64,000 bases of DNA from Kiritimatiellia bacterium. GTDB taxonomy: Bacteria; Verrucomicrobiota; Kiritimatiellia; CAIKKV01; CAITUY01. The position numbers and the translations under genes are program-made. A model generated the notes under the pieces. The model did not search any database. It saw only the letters and a list, made by a program, of their open reading frames with translations, and was not told the origin of the DNA. Location of the stretch: positions 13,566 through 77,565 of the forward strand of contig JBBQNS010000002.1 in the NCBI GenBank assembly GCA_038330175.1. Direction: 5' to 3'. This document shows positions 39,381-49,353 of the stretch, in pieces. Position 1 is the stretch's first letter, and the number at the start of each line of letters is the position of its first letter.

Positions 39381-40463
39381 ATGGCACATTCGAACTTTGG
39401 GACCTATCTGGGGCGACCCCCACTCAAGCGGTTGAAGTTGTTGGCGTATTTGAGGGGACTTATTATCAGCGGGAAATTGCAGCCCGGGGCAAGATTGCCC
39501 AGCCACGAACAGTTAGAGCGAAAATTTCAGGCGACGACCGCAACCGTACAAGAAACGATGAACACGCTGCAACGGGATGGTTTTGTCGTCACGCTGCACC
39601 GGCGCGGAACTTTCGTGACGGCGCATCCTCCACATGAGTGTCATTATGCGCTGGCCTTTTCTAACAAACCAGAGGAAGCCGGAACACAATTTTATACGGC
39701 TTTACGCAATGAGGGGCTCCGTTTGCAGGGATCGGCATGCCGTATGTCGGTTTTTCATGAAATCGGAGAGCATGTCGATACTGCAGATTATCAGCGACTG
39801 CTTGGTCTGGTGCAGGCCCATGCTCTGGCTGGACTGATTTTTGCAAACAATCCCTTTATGCTGCGAGCCGTAAAGTCGCCATTGATTTTTGAACCGAATC
39901 TGCCGCGGGTCCTTATTCAAGCGCCCGATAAGGTGGGCAAATACCCCGCGATTTATCCCGATAGCGAGGCCTTTTTACCCAAAGCCCTGGATTATTTAGT
40001 CGCGAAGGGGCATCAGCGGGTGGCGTTACTCGTCGGGGCCAATAACCCAGATGCTGCTTTTTTCAAAGGCGTTGCGGCTCGGGGAATGACGACCCGGTCT
40101 TACTGGGTGCAGGCCGTGCCTACGACCGCATCGGATAGTGCACGACGGGTCATGCATTTGTTGATGCGGCCAAGCCTGGACGAACGGCCGGATGCGTTGA
40201 TCATAGGCGATGACAATCTCGTGGAGGCGGCAACCGCCGGCCTCGTCGAGGCAGGGGTACGTTGCCCGCTTGACTTGGAAGTCATTGCCCATACCAACTT
40301 TCCCTGGCCAACGCCGAGTGCGGTGCCTGTTAAGCGGCTGGGATTTGACATACGTAAGCTGATTTCGTTGTCGCTCGAACGGCTCCAGCAGCAACGGCAG
40401 GGCGGCTTACCTCCCTCGAATACGGCGCTGCCGCCGATTTTCGAGGAAGAATTCAAGCCCTGA
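39381..40463 (+). CDS. Transcriptional regulator, GntR winged-HTH fused to a LacI-type sugar-binding domain (AraR-like architecture)
   Basis: GKLQPGARLPSHEQL...LQRDGFV..RRGTFV HTH. ALDYLVAKGHQRVAL, RPDALIIGDD and GVRCPLDLEVI are LacI-type sensor motifs. Confidence 0.88.
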   Translation: MAHSNFGTYLGRPPLKRLKLLAYLRGLIISGKLQPGARLPSHEQLERKFQATTATVQETMNTLQRDGFVVTLHRRGTFVTAHPPHECHYALAFSNKPEEAGTQFYTALRNEGLRLQGSACRMSVFHEIGEHVDTADYQRLLGLVQAHALAGLIFANNPFMLRAVKSPLIFEPNLPRVLIQAPDKVGKYPAIYPDSEAFLPKALDYLVAKGHQRVALLVGANNPDAAFFKGVAARGMTTRSYWVQAVPTTASDSARRVMHLLMRPSLDERPDALIIGDDNLVEAATAGLVEAGVRCPLDLEVIAHTNFPWPTPSAVPVKRLGFDIRKLISLSLERLQQQRQGGLPPSNTALPPIFEEEFKP

Positions 40464-40492
40464 CGAAGGCCGCCGTAACGCCCAATGCCTTT

Positions 40493-42547
40493 TTATACCC
40501 CTTCGAGGACAACCATCTGGTGCGCGATGACTTCGGGTACCAGAAGATGGCAATACTCTCCCTCCATCGTGAAGGGCAGGGCTTGCTCGGAAGGGGCCAG
40601 ATAGACCGCCTTGGGTGCTTTTCCGGTGCGAACCGCCAGGGGGATATCCCTGACCGGGTACATCTCTTCAATCCACTCCACATTGATGTGCCGACGCTGG
40701 GGTTGGAAGTTAACCAAATGGGCCACCAGCCGCTTTTGCTTGGCCTGTCGATTAATGGAAATTTCCATCGCTGAGGGGGCGTGGGTTTTCACCAGAGGGA
40801 GCGGTAGTACTTGTTCCAGTACGCGTGCCACGATGCTCTTGTAGAGCGAGTAGGCATGGTTCCGGTAGGCTTTGAAGACTTCCGCCGAGATATACGCGGC
40901 ACGGCCCTTCACCACGGCCACGGGATACGCGGTGGTCTGGTCGTCCGGGGTTTGGTTGTGTGAACAGAAGTGGTCGTAGGTTCGATTGAAATAGGAGCTG
41001 ACCAGCCGTCCCATCGCCACCGAGCCGGAGGCCGGCTTTACAAACGTACTCGCATCATAAAAAACGAATTTACTCTGAGGCCAACCCTGGCCTAGATCCT
41101 TGCCTAGGTCCAGATAGCAAGGGGTGCTCGGGTTGTCTTCAACATAACTGACGGGTAAGCCCGGACAATGGAATTTTCCATCCTGTAACGAAGCCTTATA
41201 GGACGCGATCACGGCACCGCCTTTAGCCATGAAGGCTTTCAGCGCTTTCTGCAAGGGGGCATCGACTACTCCCTGATCCGGCAGGATCACCACTTTGTAA
41301 TCATTCAGGTCCGTGTCGGGGTAAATCAGATTGAATTGGTGCTTCAATTCCAGGAGCATCCGGCCTGCGCCGTCGACTGATTCCTGTAAGCCGGCCATGT
41401 GCCCAGCGCCGACGGCTTTACCCGCTTCTTCGGCTTTTCCCGGTAGCATCATGACTCCGATTTCTGCGGCCGCCTTGACTCCCTCACACCACGGCTCACA
41501 TTTCTCAACATGCTTGAAGGCCTTGCCGATGACTTCATACGCCCCTGAGTCCAGAATGCCGCGCGGATGACACTGGTCGCCCACATTCATGACTGCACCG
41601 GCGGATAGAATCGTGCCGGTCTCGAACATCATCTGGTCAGCCGTCTTCACTCCGCCAAAATCAGCCCAGCTCTTGTGGAACCGCGCGGTCATGCCTTGAA
41701 GGGGACGGGGGAGGACACGTCCATAGCGGGCATGGATCGGGAAGAAGGCGTAGCCCCAGCCGCCGGTAGGGAGGGCTTCGATTTCGATATGAGTGAAGAC
41801 GTCCAACTCTTCGGAAATGCCGGGCCGCATGCGGCCGTTGAAGAATATCGTCGCATTTTTTTTGATCTTCTGGATGGTCTTGGTCAGGCGTTGGGTATAC
41901 TCGCGAGTGATAAGAAATTCATGCGTCCGGTGATCTTCGTCGCTGGCAAAATCAAGGCCGCGCCGCTTCATGCTGTCGTAACAACGGGGGCAATAGCAGC
42001 CGGGATCCGGGCTATAGCACATATCGAAAAAGAGCCCCTCCACATCATACCATTTAAGCACCTCGACGGCCTGTGCCTCGAGTTGCTCGATGTAGGCTTC
42101 GTTATTCATGCAATGGTTGTACCAGCCGGCGGTCAGTGCATCGCCCCACTTCCAGTATTTGTTGTCCTTGAGGTGGCCGATCCAGTCCGCGTGTATTTTG
42201 GCGTTATGTTCGTCGACCCGTACACTGATATACGCCGGCGTTACGATGCCGCGTTTTCGGCAGGCCTCGATTTGTTCACCCAACAGATCGAATTTTAAAC
42301 TTGGGTGAATGACACCCGCTTGCGTGGGGTAGTAGCTCATTCCGTGGTGGCACTTAGCGAACAAGGTAATCCAGTTGACCCGTGCTTCATCGAGGATGTT
42401 GCCGAACGTGTCGGCATCAAATTCCGCTCCCACGTCCGGAATCAGTTCCGAGGTATGGAAGTCGAGGTGGATTTGGCGGAACCGTTTAGCAACCAATTCG
42501 GATCCTGAACAGGTGATCGGACTCTTCGAAACTTTCTTGATCTTCAT
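40493..42547 (-). CDS. GH151-like glycoside hydrolase (putative alpha-L-fucosidase)
   Basis: FRQIHLDFHTS, LFAKCHHGMSYYPT, GLFFD, EIEALPTGGWGY, RFHKSWADFGG and VGDQCHPRG. Start reset to ATG 42547. Confidence 0.8.
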   Translation of the reverse strand: MKIKKVSKSPITCSGSELVAKRFRQIHLDFHTSELIPDVGAEFDADTFGNILDEARVNWITLFAKCHHGMSYYPTQAGVIHPSLKFDLLGEQIEACRKRGIVTPAYISVRVDEHNAKIHADWIGHLKDNKYWKWGDALTAGWYNHCMNNEAYIEQLEAQAVEVLKWYDVEGLFFDMCYSPDPGCYCPRCYDSMKRRGLDFASDEDHRTHEFLITREYTQRLTKTIQKIKKNATIFFNGRMRPGISEELDVFTHIEIEALPTGGWGYAFFPIHARYGRVLPRPLQGMTARFHKSWADFGGVKTADQMMFETGTILSAGAVMNVGDQCHPRGILDSGAYEVIGKAFKHVEKCEPWCEGVKAAAEIGVMMLPGKAEEAGKAVGAGHMAGLQESVDGAGRMLLELKHQFNLIYPDTDLNDYKVVILPDQGVVDAPLQKALKAFMAKGGAVIASYKASLQDGKFHCPGLPVSYVEDNPSTPCYLDLGKDLGQGWPQSKFVFYDASTFVKPASGSVAMGRLVSSYFNRTYDHFCSHNQTPDDQTTAYPVAVVKGRAAYISAEVFKAYRNHAYSLYKSIVARVLEQVLPLPLVKTHAPSAMEISINRQAKQKRLVAHLVNFQPQRRHINVEWIEEMYPVRDIPLAVRTGKAPKAVYLAPSEQALPFTMEGEYCHLLVPEVIAHQMVVLEGV

Positions 42548-42692
42548 TAGAAACCTTTCTTGGAGCGGCCACCGCTCCGTTGTTAAAAATAGAGAAACAA
42601 CATTACATGAAATTGTTTTTACGCTCAATGACCAAAAATAACATGTTTGTGTACTTTTCTCGCCTGCCGGTGAATTAGCGATAGGAGAGGCT

Positions 42693-44615
42693 CTATTCGC
42701 CCATGCGATAGATTCCCGGGGGAACCTTGTGGAAGGTGCCATGGGCGTCGCAGGCGACTCGACTGTTGTCGGTCTCTTCAACCAAAGCCTTTACCGTTTT
42801 CCATTTGGCCGGCAGGCGGAATTTGGGGTAGACGGGTTGTCCTTCCAGTAGGGGAACAATCAGGAGTTGTTCTTTCTCGAGGATCGAGAGATCGCCGGGC
42901 ACGGCAACAAAAGCATTCCGGCCGCCTTTCTCCTTGAGCAGTTGGGCCATAGCCTTATTTTTGGCTTCGAACCCGGGCTGATCGATCATGACAACCATGC
43001 CTGCGGCACAGGCGAAACGCGGCCCCTGATCGAGGGTGATACGCTTCGCGCCGTATTGGTTAAGCTGGAGCAAGAAATCGCGGGGCCCAAGTCCATCGAT
43101 GGCACGTACGGGGTTCAGATTCAGGCTAATCGCATTGACCGGCGCATCCAAGGTGGTGCCTTCGCCGAAGAGGAGCCCTTCGGGATCGCATTCCTTCACG
43201 CAGGCATAAATTTCGTCCAAAAATTTGATGGCCATACGGTTGGTGTCGCCCGGGAAACGCATAAAGTCACGGGGTGTAAAATCCGGGGGAAACGCCCAGC
43301 CCAGGCAGTCGAAGAAGAAGCCCTTGACACCGCACTCCTTCATATAAAAACGAATCCATTTCTGGGTGTATTCAATATAGCCGGGATGGCCGGGGTTGAT
43401 GTGGATCATGCCGCCATCCACGCTGCCCCAGGAGGCGCAGGTGCGACCATCAATGCCACGGATAGCCCAGTCTTCCTGCACATCGGTTCCGTTGACGAGC
43501 AGGCCGCTATGAGACATCCAGATGAGAAGAGGAACCCCTTTGTCCGTAATCCGGCGGCACATCTGCTTGAATTCCTCACGCGACCCGTGATTCGGGTCGG
43601 GCTCATAGCTCAAGGGGGAGGTTCCGCTGTGAATGGGCCGATCGGTAACGAGGCAATAGCTGATCCCGGTAAGTTCTCCGCTCTCAAGGCGTTTGTTCCA
43701 GTAATCAGCCTGCTGTGTCCAGGTCGGTTGGTTGTTCCAGGCTAAGCCTTCACCCCACAAGGTCTTGAATACCCACTCGGGGGTCTCTTCGTAGAAGAAA
43801 GTGATGTAGTCGGCCATGAAGGACATCATCGAATCACGGTCGGCTCCATAATAAATTTTGATCTCAGGCATCTGGAGCGACTCACCGATCGGGAACGGCG
43901 CGTGCAGGGTGAAATCATACGAGACGCCTTGCCCGGCGGTTTCCAGATTCAGGATGTAGCCGACATTGGGGCGCCGGCAGGTGATCGCGACCCAGTGACC
44001 GGTCTTTTCATTGTAATAGACGCCACCATGGATTGCCATGACGCCGGGATAAATGCGACGCCAGACATTTTGCATATATTTCTTGCAGTTGGCGGGCGTA
44101 TCATTCTCATGCCCAACGTGGCCGAATTCATCGCTGGGCCCCCCTGAGTGCATCGAAGGAAAAATCATGCGGGTATCATCACCCCAGAATTTCCAGTTCC
44201 AGTTTAACAGTGAAAAGGTGTCCACCCACAGAGGGGCTTCCACCACCGGCCCGCCCGGGCCCGGGCAGGGGAGATCGGTCATGTCGGCCAGTTCGCGACG
44301 CAGGAGATAATGGACGCCGAAGCAGGGATGCTTCAGATTTGTGCGGGCACCCATGGATCGGTTAACAACCAGGCCCCAACCCGAAAAGTGATCCACGAAC
44401 CGCTCCCCCTTGAGCCTCACATTATGTTCCACCGAGTTCGTCGTGCCGGGCGGCTGGTGCAGGCGCGTCTTTAGCGGTTGCCCGTTTACAAATAGCTCGG
44501 ACGCACAGGGCTTGCTTGGCTCTAATAATTCCGTGCCATAGAGTTTTATTGAACTCACCAAGCCGGTTTGTTGATCGCAAGCCACATCAAAATCTGCTTT
44601 GGGTTTATTCGTCAT
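42693..44615 (-). CDS. Uncharacterised protein, candidate TIM-barrel glycoside hydrolase
   Basis: DPNHGSREEFKQM, LLIWM, INPGHPGY and GVKGFFFDCLG resemble GH13/27/36-type barrels. N-terminal beta-rich domain, no signal peptide. Confidence 0.55.
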   Translation of the reverse strand: MTNKPKADFDVACDQQTGLVSSIKLYGTELLEPSKPCASELFVNGQPLKTRLHQPPGTTNSVEHNVRLKGERFVDHFSGWGLVVNRSMGARTNLKHPCFGVHYLLRRELADMTDLPCPGPGGPVVEAPLWVDTFSLLNWNWKFWGDDTRMIFPSMHSGGPSDEFGHVGHENDTPANCKKYMQNVWRRIYPGVMAIHGGVYYNEKTGHWVAITCRRPNVGYILNLETAGQGVSYDFTLHAPFPIGESLQMPEIKIYYGADRDSMMSFMADYITFFYEETPEWVFKTLWGEGLAWNNQPTWTQQADYWNKRLESGELTGISYCLVTDRPIHSGTSPLSYEPDPNHGSREEFKQMCRRITDKGVPLLIWMSHSGLLVNGTDVQEDWAIRGIDGRTCASWGSVDGGMIHINPGHPGYIEYTQKWIRFYMKECGVKGFFFDCLGWAFPPDFTPRDFMRFPGDTNRMAIKFLDEIYACVKECDPEGLLFGEGTTLDAPVNAISLNLNPVRAIDGLGPRDFLLQLNQYGAKRITLDQGPRFACAAGMVVMIDQPGFEAKNKAMAQLLKEKGGRNAFVAVPGDLSILEKEQLLIVPLLEGQPVYPKFRLPAKWKTVKALVEETDNSRVACDAHGTFHKVPPGIYRMGE

Positions 44616-44636
44616 GGCTTTATCGGGTCTCCAGAA

Positions 44637-44666
44637 TTGACAAAATCTAGTACTTACTGTTATATT
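44637..44666 (+). promoter_or_regulatory. sigma70 promoter for the GH31-GH78-GH39-CBM9-GH130 run
   Basis: TTGACA-N18-TATATT with an extended -10 TG. Confidence 0.7.
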
Positions 44667-44675
44667 TAAAATTAA

Positions 44676-44704
44676 ATTATGGTGGTAGATAGGGTTGCAG
44701 TCAA
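44676..44704 (-). promoter_or_regulatory. sigma70 promoter for the leftward genes (44615 ORF and GH151)
   Basis: Minus strand TTGACT-N17-CATAAT. Confidence 0.65.
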
Positions 44705-44768
44705 ATTAAAAATGTAAAAAATGTAAGTTGCAATTGTTAATCACGCTATTAAGATTTTGTTCTTAATT

Positions 44769-46841
44769 ATGAAAAAAAACCTAAATATACATGATCTTCT
44801 TGAAAGTGTGGCGCCGGGTATCTGGCGAGTGCGTTATGGCGAGCCCGAGGCCATTACACCGGTCACGGTGCGCCAGTCTGAAGTCAGGATGACGATTCCT
44901 CCGTCCGCTAGTGCCGCCCCGTTCGGACCGGAGCAAATGGAGTTTAGGACCACTGCGCGAGGGTGTGTCGTGACGCTTCCGTTCGCACGCGAAGAAGGGC
45001 TGTATGGGTTGGGATTGCAATTGAAATCCCATTTGCAGACCGGCAAGAAGAAGACCCTGCGCGTTAACAGCGATCCCATTTCAGATACCGGTGACTCGCA
45101 TGCCCCGGTGCCGTTCTATGTTTCCACGGCGGGTTATGGAGTGCTGGTGGATACCAGCCGGTACGCCAGTTTTTACCTCGGGACACATACTCCTTCCGAC
45201 CAGTGGGAGGCGCGTAATCAGGAGAAATCGCGGGCGATTGCGGAGGGCACGACGGAGTTGTACCGGCTGCGCGCCATTAGTAACCGTGTTGTAGTGGATG
45301 TTCCGGTGGCTCAGGGTGTGGATATTTATATTTTTGCCGGGCCCACGATGGGGGAGGCGGTTCAGCGCTATAATCTTTTCTCTGGAGGAGGGTGTTTGCC
45401 GCCGATGTGGGGGCTGGGTGGCTGGTATCGCTGCCATGGCCAGAGTACCGCAGCCGAGGTGGAGGCGTTGGGTGAACAATTGCGGCAGGCGCAATTGCCT
45501 TTCGATGTGCTGGGGTTGGAACCGGGTTGGCATTCGCATGCCTATCCCTGTTCTTTTCAGTGGTCTCCGGAGCGATTTCCTGAACCCGACGCCTTGATCG
45601 CAACGCTGCGTAGCAAGGGGTTCCGGCTTAATTTATGGGAGCATGCTTTCGTGCACCCCGCGTCACCCCTAGCGACAGCGATCCGTCCTTACTGCGGGGA
45701 TGAAATGGCGTTTGATGGCCTGGCTCCCGATTTTCTGATGCCCGAAGCCCAACGTATTTTTGCGGATTACCATGAGCAAGCCCTGATCGCGCATGGCGTG
45801 TCGGGCTTTAAACTGGACGAATGCGACAACAGCGATTTCATCGGAAGTCCCTGGTCGTTTCCGGAGTGGACGCAGTTTCCCAGTGGGGTGGATGGCGAGC
45901 AAATGCACTCGCTTCTGGGGATACGTTACCAGCACACCTTGGACGTGGCGTTTCGCCGGAATGGACAGCGCCATTACTCTGAAGTACGTTCCTCGCACGC
46001 CCTGGCCGCCGCACTACCCTTCGTGCTTTACAGCGATCTCTACGACTTCCGTGACTTTCTCCGCGGTTTGGTAAATTGTGGTTTCTCCGGCCTGCTCTGG
46101 TGCCCGGAGGTGCGGCATGCCGTATCGGTGGAAGATTTGGTGCGACGGGTTCAGACGGTGGTGTTGTCGCCGCAGGCCCTCGTGAATGCCTGGTATATCA
46201 GGAATCCCCCTTGGGTTCAGAGCGACGCTCTGTCTGCCGCTGACGCGGAGCAGGCCACCGGCTTGGTGCGTCAAGCTTTCCAGTTACGGATGAAACTGCT
46301 TCCTTATCTCTATACGGCGTTTGCCCGTTATTGGCAGGCTGGCCGCCCCCCGTTCCGGGCGTTGGTGATGGATTATCCTGACGACCACTCGGTCTGGGAC
46401 ATTGATGACCAGTTCATGATCGGCGAGGCGTTGCTCGCTGCGCCGGTTGCGCCTGGGCAGAAGGAACGTAACGTCTACCTGCCGAAAGGGGATTGGCTCG
46501 ATTTCCATACCGGTCAGAAATACGAAGGGGGCCGATCGATTATCGTCCCAACACCGCTGGCGCATATCCCGCTATTTGTGAGGGAAGGCACGGTATTACC
46601 TCTGGCCGAACCAGTGCAACACGTGGACACTGATACGGTGTTCCAGATTACGCCAACAGTTTATGGGAAAGAGAGTGCAGCGGGCACGTTATTCGAGGAT
46701 GACGGTGAAACCTATAACCATGAGGCTGGTGCCGCAGCATGGATTCAATTTGCCTGGAGTCGGTCTGCCACGCCGCAGATTACTCGAACCAAGGAACTCC
46801 CTTTCAGCCGGTATGCGATGAGGGAGTGGCGAGTGATGTGA
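44769..46841 (+). CDS. GH31 alpha-glycosidase (alpha-xylosidase-like)
   Basis: YGLG, HAPVPFYVST, LPPMWGLG, SGFKLDECD (nucleophile), YSDLY, RMKLLPYLY, DQFMIGEALLAAPV and IPLFVREG. Confidence 0.88.
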   Translation: MKKNLNIHDLLESVAPGIWRVRYGEPEAITPVTVRQSEVRMTIPPSASAAPFGPEQMEFRTTARGCVVTLPFAREEGLYGLGLQLKSHLQTGKKKTLRVNSDPISDTGDSHAPVPFYVSTAGYGVLVDTSRYASFYLGTHTPSDQWEARNQEKSRAIAEGTTELYRLRAISNRVVVDVPVAQGVDIYIFAGPTMGEAVQRYNLFSGGGCLPPMWGLGGWYRCHGQSTAAEVEALGEQLRQAQLPFDVLGLEPGWHSHAYPCSFQWSPERFPEPDALIATLRSKGFRLNLWEHAFVHPASPLATAIRPYCGDEMAFDGLAPDFLMPEAQRIFADYHEQALIAHGVSGFKLDECDNSDFIGSPWSFPEWTQFPSGVDGEQMHSLLGIRYQHTLDVAFRRNGQRHYSEVRSSHALAAALPFVLYSDLYDFRDFLRGLVNCGFSGLLWCPEVRHAVSVEDLVRRVQTVVLSPQALVNAWYIRNPPWVQSDALSAADAEQATGLVRQAFQLRMKLLPYLYTAFARYWQAGRPPFRALVMDYPDDHSVWDIDDQFMIGEALLAAPVAPGQKERNVYLPKGDWLDFHTGQKYEGGRSIIVPTPLAHIPLFVREGTVLPLAEPVQHVDTDTVFQITPTVYGKESAAGTLFEDDGETYNHEAGAAAWIQFAWSRSATPQITRTKELPFSRYAMREWRVM

Positions 46842-49300
46842 AGGGAAACCAAACCGGATTTGATCTAACCAAAAGTTTAGGGCCGACCACTCGCTACGCT
46901 TATTTGCGGGGACGCTTCCAGAAAGGCTCCGCATTGCGTCTTGCGGCCCGGCAGAATGCCATGGTTTGGCTCAATGGCGTTTATATCGGGCGTACGTTTG
47001 AGCGAACGCACACCGAAGAACTGCGTTGGCGCACCTTTGATCTCACGCCCCACCTGCGTTCGGGCGAAAATGTTATTGCCGTGCTGGCCCATCATTGGGG
47101 GGGTGCGGATGAAGTCATTCCCGGTGTTCCACCGCCCGGGCGTTTTCTTGTTACGGTTGAAGGCGTTGACGCTGTATGGCACGCGACACCAGCGGTCGAG
47201 TTTCGCCCCGCTCGCCGACACAATTCGCTGATTGGCCACGAGGAGCTTCGTGATCTGCGTTTGGAACCTGTGGGCTGGCGCGAGCCGGGGTTTGATGATT
47301 CGGCTTGGATGCCGCTCAGCCCTTGTAACCTGCCGGATATCGAGTGTCTTCCGTCACCGCTGCGCCCGCTTCGGGAAGAGCTAATCTTTCCCGTGCGCAT
47401 CTTGCAGCAAGGTCGGCTTCGCCGCGGTTTGTTTGCCGTTTGCGAACATCCCGCAAACCGGGCGGAGTGGCAGATGATGCTTGAACTGCCGGTGGCACAG
47501 ACCTTGAATTTTCTATTGGAAATCGCGGTAGGGGATCGACTATGGGTGGATGATAAGGAGCTTCCTCTCCCGGTTGAGCCTCCATTTGATTGGGTCCGTC
47601 CGATTCAGCCAATGCCACTGCAACTATCTGCCGGTCGGCATGTCCTGCGTGGCCATTGCCCGCGTGCGCTCCGTTTCGGCTGGCGCGGTCTTGTCCCCCC
47701 TGGCGGGGATCGCACTGACTGGGGTGTAGGCAAGCTGGATCCGGAGCTTGGGCCGTTAGCGTATGAGATCGGAGAGGATGGCCATGAACAGGCGATTTTG
47801 TATGAGTTTCCTTTCAACTGCACGATGCTTCCTCGCCTTGACATTGTCAAGGCCTCCGCAGGAGCGAAGATGGAGTTGGTCTACGCAGAACGTCTGAGTG
47901 GCCAGTCTGGTTTGCTCCTGCCGGGAGCGTACACCGACCGGGTCATTCTGCGCGAGGGGGCGCAACGCTGGGAGGTTTCGTTCCAATATAAATCCGCCGG
48001 GGTGATGATGGTTGTTGCTGACCCCTCGATCCAGTTGGGCACCGTCGCAGCCATCTATCGGCGCTATGACCACGACCATGTTGGTGAATGGCAAAGCAAT
48101 GATGCGCGGCTCAACAGGATTTGGGAAATTAGCCGCCACACCGTGGAGATGGGGAGTCAGGATTTCATTGTCGATGGGCCTTGGCGTGAACAGCTGCTCT
48201 ACATTGGCGATATCTTGGTCTCGCACCAGGCGGCGTATTATCTTTTTTCTAATGCGCACGAAATTACCGAGTGGGCACACCAGCAATTTGCCCAAGGACA
48301 ACGCCCAGATGGAATTTTTTCGCCGAATCAACCGGATCGCCCTGCTCCGGAATATGACCGATTGCTTGATCAGGTGATTTTATGGCCTCTGGAACTCGAA
48401 CAGCACCGGCTTTACACCGGACACGAGGATTTCGTCCGGCGCTTACATCCCAACGTGGAGCGCTTATTGGAGGGCTTCGCGGTGCGTTTTGCGAAGTCCG
48501 ATGATCCCCGGCTAAGAGAGTTGACGGGGTGGAATTGGGTGGATCATCCCGGCTTGGAAGATGGGAAGCCCCGGTCAATTCGGCATGATGGGATCCCGAC
48601 GGCGATCAATCTGCTGTACTTGATGGCACTCCGCACGATGCCGCAGTTTGAAGCGTTGGCCGCCCGGCTTGAGCAGCGGTTGCGGCGCGAGCATTGGAAC
48701 TCGACGCGGCAACTGTTCGCTGACTGCGTCGTGGGCGGGCAACCCAGTCAGGAAGTGAGTCTCCACGTGAATCTGCTCGCTATCGAGGCCGGTTTGAACG
48801 ATGACCCGGACGGAGTCCTGACGCGCGCTTGGAATCAGCCCGGTGTGTTGCAGATTTCAGGCTCCTATTTCCGGTATCATTTGTTGGAAGTGCTGCATCG
48901 GCTTGGCCGGCATCAGGAGCTTCTCAATGAAATTCGCACCTGGTGGGGATCCATGGTCGACACCGGGTTGACAACGCTTGCTGAAAATCAGTTTCAGAAC
49001 GGTGACTGGGGCGCGAGCGTTGGGCATCCCTGGGGCGCGACGCCCTGCATTCATCTGGTACGGGCGATTGCCGGTTTGGAACCGCTCGAACCCGGTTGGC
49101 GGCGTGTGCGTTGTGAGCCTCATCTCGGGGATCTTCAGCATTTGAAGGTAACCGTGCCGACTCCCTTCGGTGCCATTCGTGCCGACTTCACAAGGGACAA
49201 TGCCCTCGTGTGCGGCAGGATTAATGTTCCACAGGGCGTTGAAGTCGTATTTCCTCGCGCCCAAGATCAGGCTACGATTTCTGTTTGCCAGTACCCATGA
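46838..49300 (+). CDS. GH78-like alpha-L-rhamnosidase family protein
   Basis: VWLNG..FDLTPHLRSGENVIAV N-domain, LNRIWEIS, VDGPWREQLLYIGD, WVDH, GLTTLAE, HPWGATP and PGW..VPTPFG. Start reset to GTG 46838 (GTGA overlap). Confidence 0.78.
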   Translation: MKGNQTGFDLTKSLGPTTRYAYLRGRFQKGSALRLAARQNAMVWLNGVYIGRTFERTHTEELRWRTFDLTPHLRSGENVIAVLAHHWGGADEVIPGVPPPGRFLVTVEGVDAVWHATPAVEFRPARRHNSLIGHEELRDLRLEPVGWREPGFDDSAWMPLSPCNLPDIECLPSPLRPLREELIFPVRILQQGRLRRGLFAVCEHPANRAEWQMMLELPVAQTLNFLLEIAVGDRLWVDDKELPLPVEPPFDWVRPIQPMPLQLSAGRHVLRGHCPRALRFGWRGLVPPGGDRTDWGVGKLDPELGPLAYEIGEDGHEQAILYEFPFNCTMLPRLDIVKASAGAKMELVYAERLSGQSGLLLPGAYTDRVILREGAQRWEVSFQYKSAGVMMVVADPSIQLGTVAAIYRRYDHDHVGEWQSNDARLNRIWEISRHTVEMGSQDFIVDGPWREQLLYIGDILVSHQAAYYLFSNAHEITEWAHQQFAQGQRPDGIFSPNQPDRPAPEYDRLLDQVILWPLELEQHRLYTGHEDFVRRLHPNVERLLEGFAVRFAKSDDPRLRELTGWNWVDHPGLEDGKPRSIRHDGIPTAINLLYLMALRTMPQFEALAARLEQRLRREHWNSTRQLFADCVVGGQPSQEVSLHVNLLAIEAGLNDDPDGVLTRAWNQPGVLQISGSYFRYHLLEVLHRLGRHQELLNEIRTWWGSMVDTGLTTLAENQFQNGDWGASVGHPWGATPCIHLVRAIAGLEPLEPGWRRVRCEPHLGDLQHLKVTVPTPFGAIRADFTRDNALVCGRINVPQGVEVVFPRAQDQATISVCQYP

Positions 49301-49353
49301 AACCTCAAAGAGGGATATCTGATGGGGCATTTAGTGTTTGAAAAAAAGGAGTA

